IMG/VR virus record: IMGVR_UViG_3300042301_004349
Location: 32,001-96,000 of that record
Reading direction: 5' to 3' (one strand)
DNA from: a virus
DNA: 64,000 nt
Within the stretch, counting starts at the first letter, position 1; the number at the start of each line of letters is the position of its first letter. Both the position numbers and the translations under genes were made by a program. This document shows, piece after piece, positions 18,483-27,292 of the stretch. The notes beneath the pieces are model-generated. The model had not been told where the DNA came from, did not search any database, and saw only the letters and a program-made list of their open reading frames with translations.

Positions 18483-19328
18483 TTATAATGATTTAATATA
18501 TTGTTCTAATCTATCTTCTGGTTGCCATCCCAATCTTTGGGTAGCATCCTTATTTTTTCTTAGTGTTTTTCTGTAATTACCTTTTTCATCCTTCATATAG
18601 ACTTTTACACAGTAAAATTTATTTATAAACATCTCAGCAACTTCATTTATAGAATAATTTTTACCAGTTCCTAACTCCCAAGCATCTTCATGCTTTTCAT
18701 CATTGAAGGCTACTCTAATTAAACCGTCTACAATATCGTCAACATGAGTAAAATCTCTTCTTTGTTCACCATCACCTACTATTGTTATGGGATAATTTTT
18801 TGCTACTTGTCCTCTCCACCTTCCTATAACTGCGGCCCAATCTCCTTCTAAAATTTCGTTTGGTCCATACACATTATAAAACCGTACAATTTCTGCATTT
18901 AAGCCAAAGGATTGTTTATACATCTTAACAATTTCTTCTCCCATGTGTTTAAAAGCAGCATAAGGGGATTGATAAGGATTATGCCATCTAGAAGAAGAAC
19001 CAGAATAAATAACCTTAGCACCTATTTCATTTGCAAATTTACATACACTTAGAGTACCTTGAGTATTAACTCTAAAAGTTTCTTCTGGGTTTAGAAATGA
19101 AGGTTGGATTCTGCTTAGTGCTGCTAAATGGAAAATTAAATCAAAATCTTTATCCATTAAACCAACACTCTCAATATCACCATAGTAATAATAACAACCT
19201 GGTGTTTCATTTTCTTTTAATCCTATAGAAAGATCATCCAATGAACTGACATTGTATCCTTCTTCTAATAATCTTTTAATAAGATTACTTCCTATAAATC
19301 CATTTCCTCCAGTTACTAATATTTTCAT
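18483..19328 (-). CDS. NAD-dependent nucleotide-sugar epimerase/dehydratase
   Basis: ILVTGGNGFIG, HLAA, YAAFK (YxxxK), RFYNVYGP, GDGEQRRDFTHVDD. Confidence 0.92.
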   Translation of the reverse strand: MKILVTGGNGFIGSNLIKRLLEEGYNVSSLDDLSIGLKENETPGCYYYYGDIESVGLMDKDFDLIFHLAALSRIQPSFLNPEETFRVNTQGTLSVCKFANEIGAKVIYSGSSSRWHNPYQSPYAAFKHMGEEIVKMYKQSFGLNAEIVRFYNVYGPNEILEGDWAAVIGRWRGQVAKNYPITIVGDGEQRRDFTHVDDIVDGLIRVAFNDEKHEDAWELGTGKNYSINEVAEMFINKFYCVKVYMKDEKGNYRKTLRKNKDATQRLGWQPEDRLEQYIKSL

Positions 19329-19348
19329 GGTTGTATAATACACAAATT

Positions 19349-19380
19349 AAAAAACATCCACCTTTTTAGGGGTGGATGTT
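19349..19380 (-). terminator. intrinsic terminator
   Basis: AACATCCACC...GGTGGATGTT stem followed by a T run on the minus strand. Confidence 0.75.
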
Positions 19381-19390
19381 AAGGAGTGAA

Positions 19391-19627
19391 TTAAGCTTCT
19401 GCTAATTCAGTGTTTTTCATGCGACGACGAGTCAAGTTATACATTGCGTTTGCAATTGTATTGTTTACTCTACGTCTGAAGGATGTAATGTTAGACAAAT
19501 GGCTAACAGAATAACCTGTTTCTTCAGATAATCTTGTCAAATCACCAATACGTTGACGGTGAGTGAAGAATGACAATTTTGCTGTGCGGTTTAAGTAGTT
19601 TGCACGTACTTTAGTTTGATAACTCAT
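19391..19627 (-). CDS. small basic HTH-like protein
   Basis: LTRLSEETGYSVSHLSNI resembles a helix-turn-helix; Arg-rich. Confidence 0.55.
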   Translation of the reverse strand: MSYQTKVRANYLNRTAKLSFFTHRQRIGDLTRLSEETGYSVSHLSNITSFRRRVNNTIANAMYNLTRRRMKNTELAEA

Positions 19628-19646
19628 AACTATATTTGATTTTTGT

Positions 19647-20522
19647 TTACGAATTGTGTTCAGCTAATACTTTTTCCACATGAGCCTTAGCTACTTCCCA
19701 TGTTACGGGTCCTGTTTCGTCAGCATATGCTACAGGATCAGGACGTCCTAATTTAATGAATGCTTCAATACGCTCTACTGATGCAGCTGATTTATAATCA
19801 CTAAACCAAGCTGTATAACTTACTCTATCATCTACTTTTATAGAATGTATCATCGGTTTATAAGATGTATTTGTACGAGCATATACTTCATCAAAATTGA
19901 GACCCAAGATATCACAAGATTTTTGCCCATCCTCTAGAATATCAAATTTATTAACTTCAAGATATGGGGTATAATGATATACTAAATCAGCGTCCCAATT
20001 ACCTGCTTTAAATGCTTCAAAATCAACATCACGGAACTCTTGTCTGCAATCAGGATAAATTGCATGATCACCAGCATGGATTCCCATTGCAATGGCTACT
20101 GGTTGTCCTACAGTGCAATCTTCTCCAATATTTTTAGTTGCAACTGATAATGCTACAGCCTGGATTAATGATGAGAATATTTTGTTTCTATTAGGTACAA
20201 CTGTTTCTTTCATGTTGTCCTGTTCGTAATGTCCTTCAGGAACATCACTACCACCAGTTACTAAAGATGAATTTAATAGTTGAGATAAACCATCCAATTT
20301 AATAATTTGAAAGTTTACTTTACATCCATTAAAACAACTTTCATTTTTAGGGCACGTTTCATTAATGTACTCTACTAATGATGTAGCACGCTCTAATTCT
20401 ACTTTGTGTTTTTGACCATAGTCAAATCCTAATGCTGTTACTTGATAGCCGTTAGCTAATAGGTGTAACAATAATGAACTACTGTCCATTCCACCTGACA
20501 GTGATAATACTGCTTGTTTCAT
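19647..20522 (-). CDS. queC: 7-cyano-7-deazaguanine synthase
   Basis: SGGMDS, FDYGQKH..EL, VPNRN, HAGDHAIYPDCR. Confidence 0.93.
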   Translation of the reverse strand: MKQAVLSLSGGMDSSSLLLHLLANGYQVTALGFDYGQKHKVELERATSLVEYINETCPKNESCFNGCKVNFQIIKLDGLSQLLNSSLVTGGSDVPEGHYEQDNMKETVVPNRNKIFSSLIQAVALSVATKNIGEDCTVGQPVAIAMGIHAGDHAIYPDCRQEFRDVDFEAFKAGNWDADLVYHYTPYLEVNKFDILEDGQKSCDILGLNFDEVYARTNTSYKPMIHSIKVDDRVSYTAWFSDYKSAASVERIEAFIKLGRPDPVAYADETGPVTWEVAKAHVEKVLAEHNS

Positions 20523-20541
20523 AGATAATTTTTATTTGTTT

Positions 20542-20585
20542 GGGATTGTATTTATTTATTAAACGCTTACTCCCGTTTAAGCGTT
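20542..20585 (-). promoter_or_regulatory. candidate H-type RNA pseudoknot in the queC leader
   Basis: AACGCUUA-AACGGGAG-UAAGCGUU hairpin, A-rich linker, then UCCC complementary to the loop GGGA. Confidence 0.45.
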
Positions 20586-20789
20586 ATCAAACAATGCTTT
20601 GATTTTAAAGAATTGATCTAGAAATGGTTTTTCATAAATGAAAATAATACCATTTTTATAAGGTGAGTGAGCAATAACCTTAGTACTACGTCTTGCTCCT
20701 ACAAGACTAGCATATTCTGCTACTTGTTTTCCTAGACGAGAACCTGCTGGTTTGCCTAGATAATCATAAAGTGAAATCATTAGTTGCAT
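20577..20789 (-). CDS. hypothetical protein
   Basis: SLYDYLGKPAG..LG.QV motif; 70 aa. Confidence 0.55.
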   Translation of the reverse strand: MQLMISLYDYLGKPAGSRLGKQVAEYASLVGARRSTKVIAHSPYKNGIIFIYEKPFLDQFFKIKALFDNA

Positions 20790-20794
20790 AACTT

Positions 20795-21580
20795 TTATTT
20801 TATAAATTTTCTAAATTGTTGTACGTTAAATGTAATATCTTCAACCTGCCCACTCAAATCTTTCTCAAAATAATGCTCTAGTTTTTCTTTTGGTTTCCAG
20901 GTCAAACCACTATCAGTGTATCTCTGTCCTTCAGCACCAACTAAAATAGGATTAGACGTATCCACTGATTTAACAAATGTCCAATCTTTATATGACATAA
21001 ATTCTTGTGGTAATGAACATCCTAATAAATGATGATAATGAGATTTTCTAATGGTATTAGACGCAACTAAACGTCTAATAAATTCCATTCTACCATACAT
21101 TGCTGCTTTTAAATGATCCATTCCTTCATATTCTTTCTGATATGCAATACTTGAATGGTTAAAAGCAATATGAGTATAACCTAAGTCTACTAATGTTTGA
21201 TATGTTGTTATTAATTCACCCATATCTTGTCCCTGACACACTGCCATTAAGTTAACACCTTCTGGTAGGTTTGGCTTATGGTTTATCATCCAACTTTTAG
21301 CATTAACTAGAGTTGTTGTTGAATCATTCCAGGCATCAGGTACAATGAATATATCTGGTTTTATTAATTCAATTTTAGACAATAGATCCTCTGTTGTATG
21401 AACTACTCCTTCAAATAGACCATTATCACATATTATAAACCGTTTATCTTTTCTAGATTTTTCAAAAAATAACTTATATTGATCGTATTGATCAATTAAA
21501 TGTGGTAAGCAATAATCATAATCATTCCATTTGTATGCGTTATGCATCAATGCTAATGGTAATTCATGACTAATTTTCAT
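20795..21580 (-). CDS. TGT-fold transglycosylase, DpdA-like (7-deazaguanine insertion into DNA)
   Basis: ICDNGLFE (DSG-like), VPD, AVCQG, HHLLG, SVDTS; lies within the que cluster. Confidence 0.7.
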   Translation of the reverse strand: MKISHELPLALMHNAYKWNDYDYCLPHLIDQYDQYKLFFEKSRKDKRFIICDNGLFEGVVHTTEDLLSKIELIKPDIFIVPDAWNDSTTTLVNAKSWMINHKPNLPEGVNLMAVCQGQDMGELITTYQTLVDLGYTHIAFNHSSIAYQKEYEGMDHLKAAMYGRMEFIRRLVASNTIRKSHYHHLLGCSLPQEFMSYKDWTFVKSVDTSNPILVGAEGQRYTDSGLTWKPKEKLEHYFEKDLSGQVEDITFNVQQFRKFIK

Positions 21581-21857
21581 AATGATGTAATTTAGCTTTT
21601 AATTTATCTATTCTAATTTGACAATACCATTTTCCTAACCAACTAGAAGCATTTTTGTATCTTTCTTCCCAATATTTGATTTCTTTATTAATAGGTTTAT
21701 TGAATTTTTCAAGTATATCAATATCATAATAGCTATTATTTTCTAACATAGCTTCTTCCCAATACCCTTCAGTATAATGGGGGTGTTGTTGTTCATATTC
21801 TTCACGAAGTATTTTACGACGTGCTTTTTCTAGATTTTTTTCAAGTTTCTTACTCAT
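21570..21857 (-). CDS. hypothetical protein
   Basis: 95-aa ORF overlapping both neighbours. Confidence 0.5.
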   Translation of the reverse strand: MSKKLEKNLEKARRKILREEYEQQHPHYTEGYWEEAMLENNSYYDIDILEKFNKPINKEIKYWEERYKNASSWLGKWYCQIRIDKLKAKLHHYEN

Positions 21858-22311
21858 ATATGGCAGTATTTTTAGCGTGTTCCATGAATTCTACTCTCAC
21901 AACACTAACTCTACCACTAGTTTCTTCCTGAACAAATGTATTTAGTTTTTCAAAGACATATTTTGCAAATTGTTCTGCACCTGTAGCCGGGATTACTCTT
22001 AATTGAATGATTCCTAAATCATTCATTGTTTTAAATCCACCTAATGCAGGATCATCTTCAGCTACTATTGTTGTATGATCAAACATATAATCCATCCATG
22101 CTTTTGGGTTCATACCATCGATATTACCTTTGGCACGTTTCATACCACCAAAATCCCAAACCCAATTTCGTTCGTCTAATTCACCTTCGAACCATACTCT
22201 AAACGATACACCATAACCATGAAGGAACCTACAATGAGTACCTTCTGCTTTCCATTGACGGAACACTGTGCTAAAACCGTCAAACAACTTTGTTGATTGA
22301 TACTTTGCCAT
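21850..22311 (-). CDS. queD: 6-carboxy-5,6,7,8-tetrahydropterin synthase
   Basis: HCRFLHGY, WVWDFG, FDHT, GAE, VEFMEH. Confidence 0.88.
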   Translation of the reverse strand: MAKYQSTKLFDGFSTVFRQWKAEGTHCRFLHGYGVSFRVWFEGELDERNWVWDFGGMKRAKGNIDGMNPKAWMDYMFDHTTIVAEDDPALGGFKTMNDLGIIQLRVIPATGAEQFAKYVFEKLNTFVQEETSGRVSVVRVEFMEHAKNTAIYE

Positions 22312-22312
22312 A

Positions 22313-22546
22313 TTATTTATCTTTTTTTATTGTGATATTTGATCTGAATAAGATACCTGCCATTAGATTTAATCCACATGCTTCCCAGAATCCAATATAT
22401 CTTAATCCAAAAATACTTGGCATTAATTGGTTCCATAAAAATTGTAAAGGTAATCCAAACAGCAATGCTGCTAGAATTAATAATGCTACAATGTAAAATA
22501 CTTGTCCTATTGGTTTCATATCGTTATTCATTTTCTGTTCCTTCAT
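22313..22546 (-). CDS. small membrane protein
   Basis: two hydrophobic segments, LWNQLMP.IFGL..I.FWEA. Confidence 0.55.
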   Translation of the reverse strand: MKEQKMNNDMKPIGQVFYIVALLILAALLFGLPLQFLWNQLMPSIFGLRYIGFWEACGLNLMAGILFRSNITIKKDK

Positions 22547-22727
22547 TATTTAATTCATCTAATTCTTCTTGATTTACCATTCTCCAGTTTTTATCATCAT
22601 CAATAATGCTATAAACCTGATCCATAATTTCTTCTAACTCTTTAGTTAGTAAAGCAACATCAACATTATCTTCTGTTAATTGAGTTTGGATTTGCTCTGC
22701 TCTATTTAGTAATTCTATTAAGTTCAT
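22524..22727 (-). CDS. hypothetical acidic protein
   Basis: 67-aa ORF coupled to its neighbours. Confidence 0.5.
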   Translation of the reverse strand: MNLIELLNRAEQIQTQLTEDNVDVALLTKELEEIMDQVYSIIDDDKNWRMVNQEELDELNNEGTENE

Positions 22728-22924
22728 TTTTTCTTATTTGGAGTGAATTTAAGTATTTCCTCTGACAATACCACTCTTCCTTTGGTATTTCTTGGTTCAT
22801 AGGGGCAGTGTCTACATTGATCACCACAGCAACTACCTCTATTAATGTGGAAGAGCGCAGTAAAAATTACGCGCTCTCCCTCCACATAATAATCAATTTC
22901 GTTTTTTAATTGTTTAGGCTTCAC
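22724..22924 (-). CDS. DUF5522-like Cys-rich protein
   Basis: DYY...VIFT..FH..RG.CCG..CRHCPY. Confidence 0.7.
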   Translation of the reverse strand: MKPKQLKNEIDYYVEGERVIFTALFHINRGSCCGDQCRHCPYEPRNTKGRVVLSEEILKFTPNKKK

Positions 22925-24638
22925 AAGATACGCATTCAGATAAACGTTGTAAATTGTCTCCTCTCAATACAGATTCAGTACGCAAATAATACAATGTTTT
23001 AATACCAGCTTTATGTGCTTCTTTATGTACTTGAGATATCCATTTTGGGGTATCGTTTGGATCAAAACACAAGTTTAATGAAATAGCTTGATCAATATAT
23101 TTTTGTCTAATAGCGTTTTGTTTTACTATTTCTAACTGATTAATTTCTTTAAATGTTAAGAAGATTGATTTTTCTTCATCAGTTAGAATATAACCAGGAA
23201 CGTTAACTACTGATCCTTGATCTTTTAGAATCTGATCCCAAACACTATCAATATTATATCCTTTTTTCTCTAACAGGTCTTCTAGTATTCTATTTCGTTT
23301 AATGAATACACCCTTTGCTGTTTTAAGGTTATATACATTCGCTGGAATTGGTTCAATCGATGGTGACACACCTCCAGAGATATGAGCATTTGATACCGTT
23401 GGTGCAATTGCTAAATGATGTGAATGTCTTAGCCCAGTACCTTTACACCATTCAGGTTCACCATATAGTTCTGCTTGGTCACGTGATGCTTTTAGTGCTT
23501 CTGCCTGAATAAATTCAGATATAACTCTAGTTAAAGCTGATGATTGGATACTTGCAAATGGTAATCCTTTTGATTGTAGTAATGTATGCCATCCTAAAAC
23601 ACCAATTCCAATTGCTCTACCTTTAGTTGCAGAACGAACTGTATTTTCCATGAATTTAATGTTCTTAGCTCTATCAATAAATTCTTGTAATACACCTTCT
23701 AAGAACCAACATGTTACTTCAGGTAATGTCATACCATTCTCAAACTTATAGTCCTTCCACTCACCCCAACGTGCTAAATTCAATGATGATAAGCAACAAA
23801 TAAATGAATGTAGTTCATCTGTGTATAATGAAATCTCACTACAAATATTTGTCATTGATACATGAAGATTTAACTTCTTATATCCTTCAGGATTTGCATT
23901 ATTAACATTATCTTCAAACATGATATAAGGTTCACCAGTTTCAAGACGTGTTTTTAATATCTCACCCCACAAACGCATAGAACGTTCATCTTTATTTTCC
24001 AACTTTTCCATAAATGTGTCATCAACAACAACACATTGGTGTAAATTCAAACACTGGCGATTAACATCACCTTTTGGTCTACGAATTTGTAAGAATTCTT
24101 CAATATCTGGGTGGTTGATGCTTAGATTAACAGATGCTGCACCTCTTCTAACTGATCCTTGATTTGTAGCAAGGATAGTTGAATCATAAATTTTACACCA
24201 AGGCACTACACCTTCAGAAATACCATTATCTTTAATAGCTTTACCTCTACCTCTAATACGAGACACCCCAATACCAACACCACCACCTTGAGATGATAAT
24301 CTCATTAGTTCGGAGTTTGCATCAGCAATACCTTCAATAGAATCACCAACATCAATACCAAAACATGAAATAGGCATTCCACGCTCAGTACCTAAATTTG
24401 ATAATACTGGAGATGCTAAACATAGCCAGTTTTTTACTATTGCTTCATAGAATATTGGTTGCAAATCTTTACGTCTTAATCTACGTGAAGCTGCTTTACT
24501 TACTCTCTTAAATGCACCAAATACATCTTCATCAGGCATCAAATATCCTTTAGAAATCATACTTAATGCTATCTCATCCATCCAGGAAGGAAAATCTTTA
24601 CCTTTAACCCAGGTACTGGTATCTACTTGTATACTCAT
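22914..24638 (-). CDS. nrdA: class I ribonucleotide reductase alpha subunit (no ATP cone)
   Basis: SPVL.N, PISCF, GGGVG, NICSE, APT, TLYY, C-terminal CVSC. Confidence 0.95.
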   Translation of the reverse strand: MSIQVDTSTWVKGKDFPSWMDEIALSMISKGYLMPDEDVFGAFKRVSKAASRRLRRKDLQPIFYEAIVKNWLCLASPVLSNLGTERGMPISCFGIDVGDSIEGIADANSELMRLSSQGGGVGIGVSRIRGRGKAIKDNGISEGVVPWCKIYDSTILATNQGSVRRGAASVNLSINHPDIEEFLQIRRPKGDVNRQCLNLHQCVVVDDTFMEKLENKDERSMRLWGEILKTRLETGEPYIMFEDNVNNANPEGYKKLNLHVSMTNICSEISLYTDELHSFICCLSSLNLARWGEWKDYKFENGMTLPEVTCWFLEGVLQEFIDRAKNIKFMENTVRSATKGRAIGIGVLGWHTLLQSKGLPFASIQSSALTRVISEFIQAEALKASRDQAELYGEPEWCKGTGLRHSHHLAIAPTVSNAHISGGVSPSIEPIPANVYNLKTAKGVFIKRNRILEDLLEKKGYNIDSVWDQILKDQGSVVNVPGYILTDEEKSIFLTFKEINQLEIVKQNAIRQKYIDQAISLNLCFDPNDTPKWISQVHKEAHKAGIKTLYYLRTESVLRGDNLQRLSECVSCEA

Positions 24639-24653
24639 CTTATAATTTTAATT

Positions 24654-25604
24654 TTAAAGGTCTGACCAATCTGCGTTTGACTTAGAATAACTAGTCACAC
24701 GTCCTGCAAAGAAATCTTGATGTGTTTTTCCACTTGTTAAATGTCCGAACCAATCCATTTGTTTTAATAGGTTAGGATCAATATCATTGAAAATACCATT
24801 ATAACCTAATTCAACCATTTTCTCATTCGCTCTCGCTTTGATAAATGTTTTTAATTGTTCTATATTTAATCCTTCAATATCTCCCATTTCAAATGCTTTA
24901 TCAATAAAATCAAATTCTAATTGAACTGATAATCGACAAGCCTCTGCTACATTTGAACGCATTTCTGCTGTATCTAATTCAGGTTGTTCTTCTAATAATT
25001 TTTTAAATAACCAACATCCTGCTTTTGAATGTAATGATTCATCTCTAACACTCCATTCTACAATCTGACCAGTTCCTTTCATTAAGTTTCTTAATTGGAA
25101 TGACATTAATATAGCGAATGAAGAGAATAAATTAACACCTTCAGTAAATGCTGAGAATATAGCTAGTGATAATGCTTTTTCTTCAATATTATCACCTGGT
25201 ACTTCAATTAAACGATCAATTTTTGCTTTTGATGTTTCATCTTCTAAAAATGCTTGGAAATCATCTAAGCCTAGTTCTTCATTTAATCGAGCATAAGCTT
25301 CAGCATGGATGCTTTCAAAATCAGCAAATACACGAGCCATAGCTTGAATTTCTGGTTTTGGGAACCACAATGATACTTTAGTAGACCAATAATCATTAAC
25401 GTGTACTTCAGTTTGAGCAAATGATTTTAGAATATTTCCTATCAAGTTCTTCTCTGAATCGGTTAATTTTAATTTCCAATCATTTAGATCGGAAGCTAGA
25501 GGTACTTCATCAGCCAACCAATGCACTCTGTGTTGATCTTTATAGAAGTTAAATGCTTCTTGGTATTCAAATGGTTTGTAGAAAATACGTGGTTCAGTTA
25601 TCAT
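24654..25604 (-). CDS. nrdB: class I ribonucleotide reductase beta subunit
   Basis: QTE, ESIHAEAY, TEG..LFSSF, RDESLH, DFF..RV..Y. Confidence 0.95.
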   Translation of the reverse strand: MITEPRIFYKPFEYQEAFNFYKDQHRVHWLADEVPLASDLNDWKLKLTDSEKNLIGNILKSFAQTEVHVNDYWSTKVSLWFPKPEIQAMARVFADFESIHAEAYARLNEELGLDDFQAFLEDETSKAKIDRLIEVPGDNIEEKALSLAIFSAFTEGVNLFSSFAILMSFQLRNLMKGTGQIVEWSVRDESLHSKAGCWLFKKLLEEQPELDTAEMRSNVAEACRLSVQLEFDFIDKAFEMGDIEGLNIEQLKTFIKARANEKMVELGYNGIFNDIDPNLLKQMDWFGHLTSGKTHQDFFAGRVTSYSKSNADWSDL

Positions 25605-25861
25605 TTTAATGAATTTAATAAGTTAATTAATGTTGGTTTTGATTGCATACCCAAGGTACGCTTTACTTCTTGCCCATCAACTTCTATTACCAAAGTAGGT
25701 ACTGAACGAATATTATATTTTAGTGTTAGATCGGGATTACTATCAACATCTATTGTTTCAAAATTAACATCTGTTAATTCTGATTGAACTTGCGCTACTA
25801 AAGGAGCAAGCTGTTTACATGGGCCGCACCAAGCAGCCGTGAACCTTTTTACCGTTACCAT
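25601..25861 (-). CDS. trxA: thioredoxin
   Basis: WCGPC and SVPT. Confidence 0.95.
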   Translation of the reverse strand: MVTVKRFTAAWCGPCKQLAPLVAQVQSELTDVNFETIDVDSNPDLTLKYNIRSVPTLVIEVDGQEVKRTLGMQSKPTLINLLNSLK

Positions 25862-25896
25862 AATTTTTATTGTTGTATTTATAAATATAGTATATA

Positions 25897-27279
25897 CTAT
25901 TGACCTCTACTAAGCTCAAAAAACTTTTGTTGAAGGTAATCTTTATCGTCATTATTGACACTACTGTATTGATTTACAGGTCTAGAGTCATCATCATCTT
26001 CATCATCTAATGGCGTTTCGTATATATCTATTTTTCCGTTTGATGTATCTATTTTGGAACCAAATGTTAATCCGTCAGCACCATATCTATTTTTCATAAC
26101 GTGCCAACGTCCTGTTCCATTTACTTTGTCTTTTCTACCACGAGCTAGAGATAAAATAATATCTCCAATCATAATTTTTTCATATGAACCTGCTGCATTG
26201 TCTCCTTCAATAATGTTGCTTTTAGCAGCACCTCTATTTGCTTGAGATGGAGATATAACTGGTATTCCTAATTCCTTAGCTAATGCTTTTGCTCCAACAT
26301 AAACATCATCAATTTCTTCCTTACGTTCTCCATTTCTAGAGCGAGATGAACTCTTAACATAATCAAGATAATCAATAATGATTAAATCTGGTTTGAAATC
26401 ATGTTGCATTTCTAGTTGTTGGAGGTGTGCCTGGATAGTGTCGAATGATGCTCGTTTTGGGGGGTATTCTTTAATAACAACCTTACCTCTTACTTTACTA
26501 ATAGTTTCTTCAACTTTAGCTCTATGTTTATCTAGAGTATCAACAGGAATCCCTGTAAATACAGCATCGTATCTTTTACCTACATAACCTTCAGCTAATT
26601 CTAATGAATAGTGTACTACATTAAATCCTAAAGCGGCAGCATAGGCTCCCATATCAATAACAGCCCATGACTTACCACCTCCAGGATTACCAAACACTAA
26701 TACCAAATCTCCTTTACCCATTCCTCCCTGAGTTAGGCTATTGAATACAGGCCAAGGGAAAGGTATTGCGTTTCTATCATCTATTCTGTATCTTGATTCA
26801 ATATCTTTGTCATATTCATGACCAATATTTTTATCTTCACCTGCTTTTAAGGCATTATTCATTAGTGTTTTAATACTATCATAATCACCCATACCAAGCA
26901 AATCAACAGAAGTCATGATTGCTTTTTTTACTTGTTGATTTTTACAAAAATTAGTAAACTCATTCTCTACCCACTCTAAATCATTTGCTTGTGATTCCTT
27001 ATACGCTTCTCTTAATCCTTCAGTAATAGCAATTTTTAAAACATCATTATCAATTTTCTTTACTTCAGTAGATAGTACCTCCATTGTTGGTACTGTGTGG
27101 TACTTAGAGAAATATGATTGTATTTCTTTAACAACCCACTGATTTGCTTGATTTTCAAAATATTCTTTTTCAAGAGAATCAGATACGTTTACTAAGAAGT
27201 TTTTCTGTGTTAATAATGCTCCAATTACTTTTGTTTGGAATTGTGGTCCGTATGCTTGTAATTTTTGTAATGTTGTCAT
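25897..27279 (-). CDS. replicative DnaB-like helicase (T4 gp41-like)
   Basis: GNPGGGKS, SLEL, IIIDYLD, SQANR, KNRYG. Confidence 0.93.
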   Translation of the reverse strand: MTTLQKLQAYGPQFQTKVIGALLTQKNFLVNVSDSLEKEYFENQANQWVVKEIQSYFSKYHTVPTMEVLSTEVKKIDNDVLKIAITEGLREAYKESQANDLEWVENEFTNFCKNQQVKKAIMTSVDLLGMGDYDSIKTLMNNALKAGEDKNIGHEYDKDIESRYRIDDRNAIPFPWPVFNSLTQGGMGKGDLVLVFGNPGGGKSWAVIDMGAYAAALGFNVVHYSLELAEGYVGKRYDAVFTGIPVDTLDKHRAKVEETISKVRGKVVIKEYPPKRASFDTIQAHLQQLEMQHDFKPDLIIIDYLDYVKSSSRSRNGERKEEIDDVYVGAKALAKELGIPVISPSQANRGAAKSNIIEGDNAAGSYEKIMIGDIILSLARGRKDKVNGTGRWHVMKNRYGADGLTFGSKIDTSNGKIDIYETPLDDEDDDDSRPVNQYSSVNNDDKDYLQQKFFELSRGQ

Positions 27280-27292
27280 AACTTTTTTAAAT

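Noticed and set aside
12902-27279. Introns or inteins in PolB, RNR or helicase
   Set aside because: ORFs are contiguous, of normal or compact length, with no splicing or homing-endonuclease motifs
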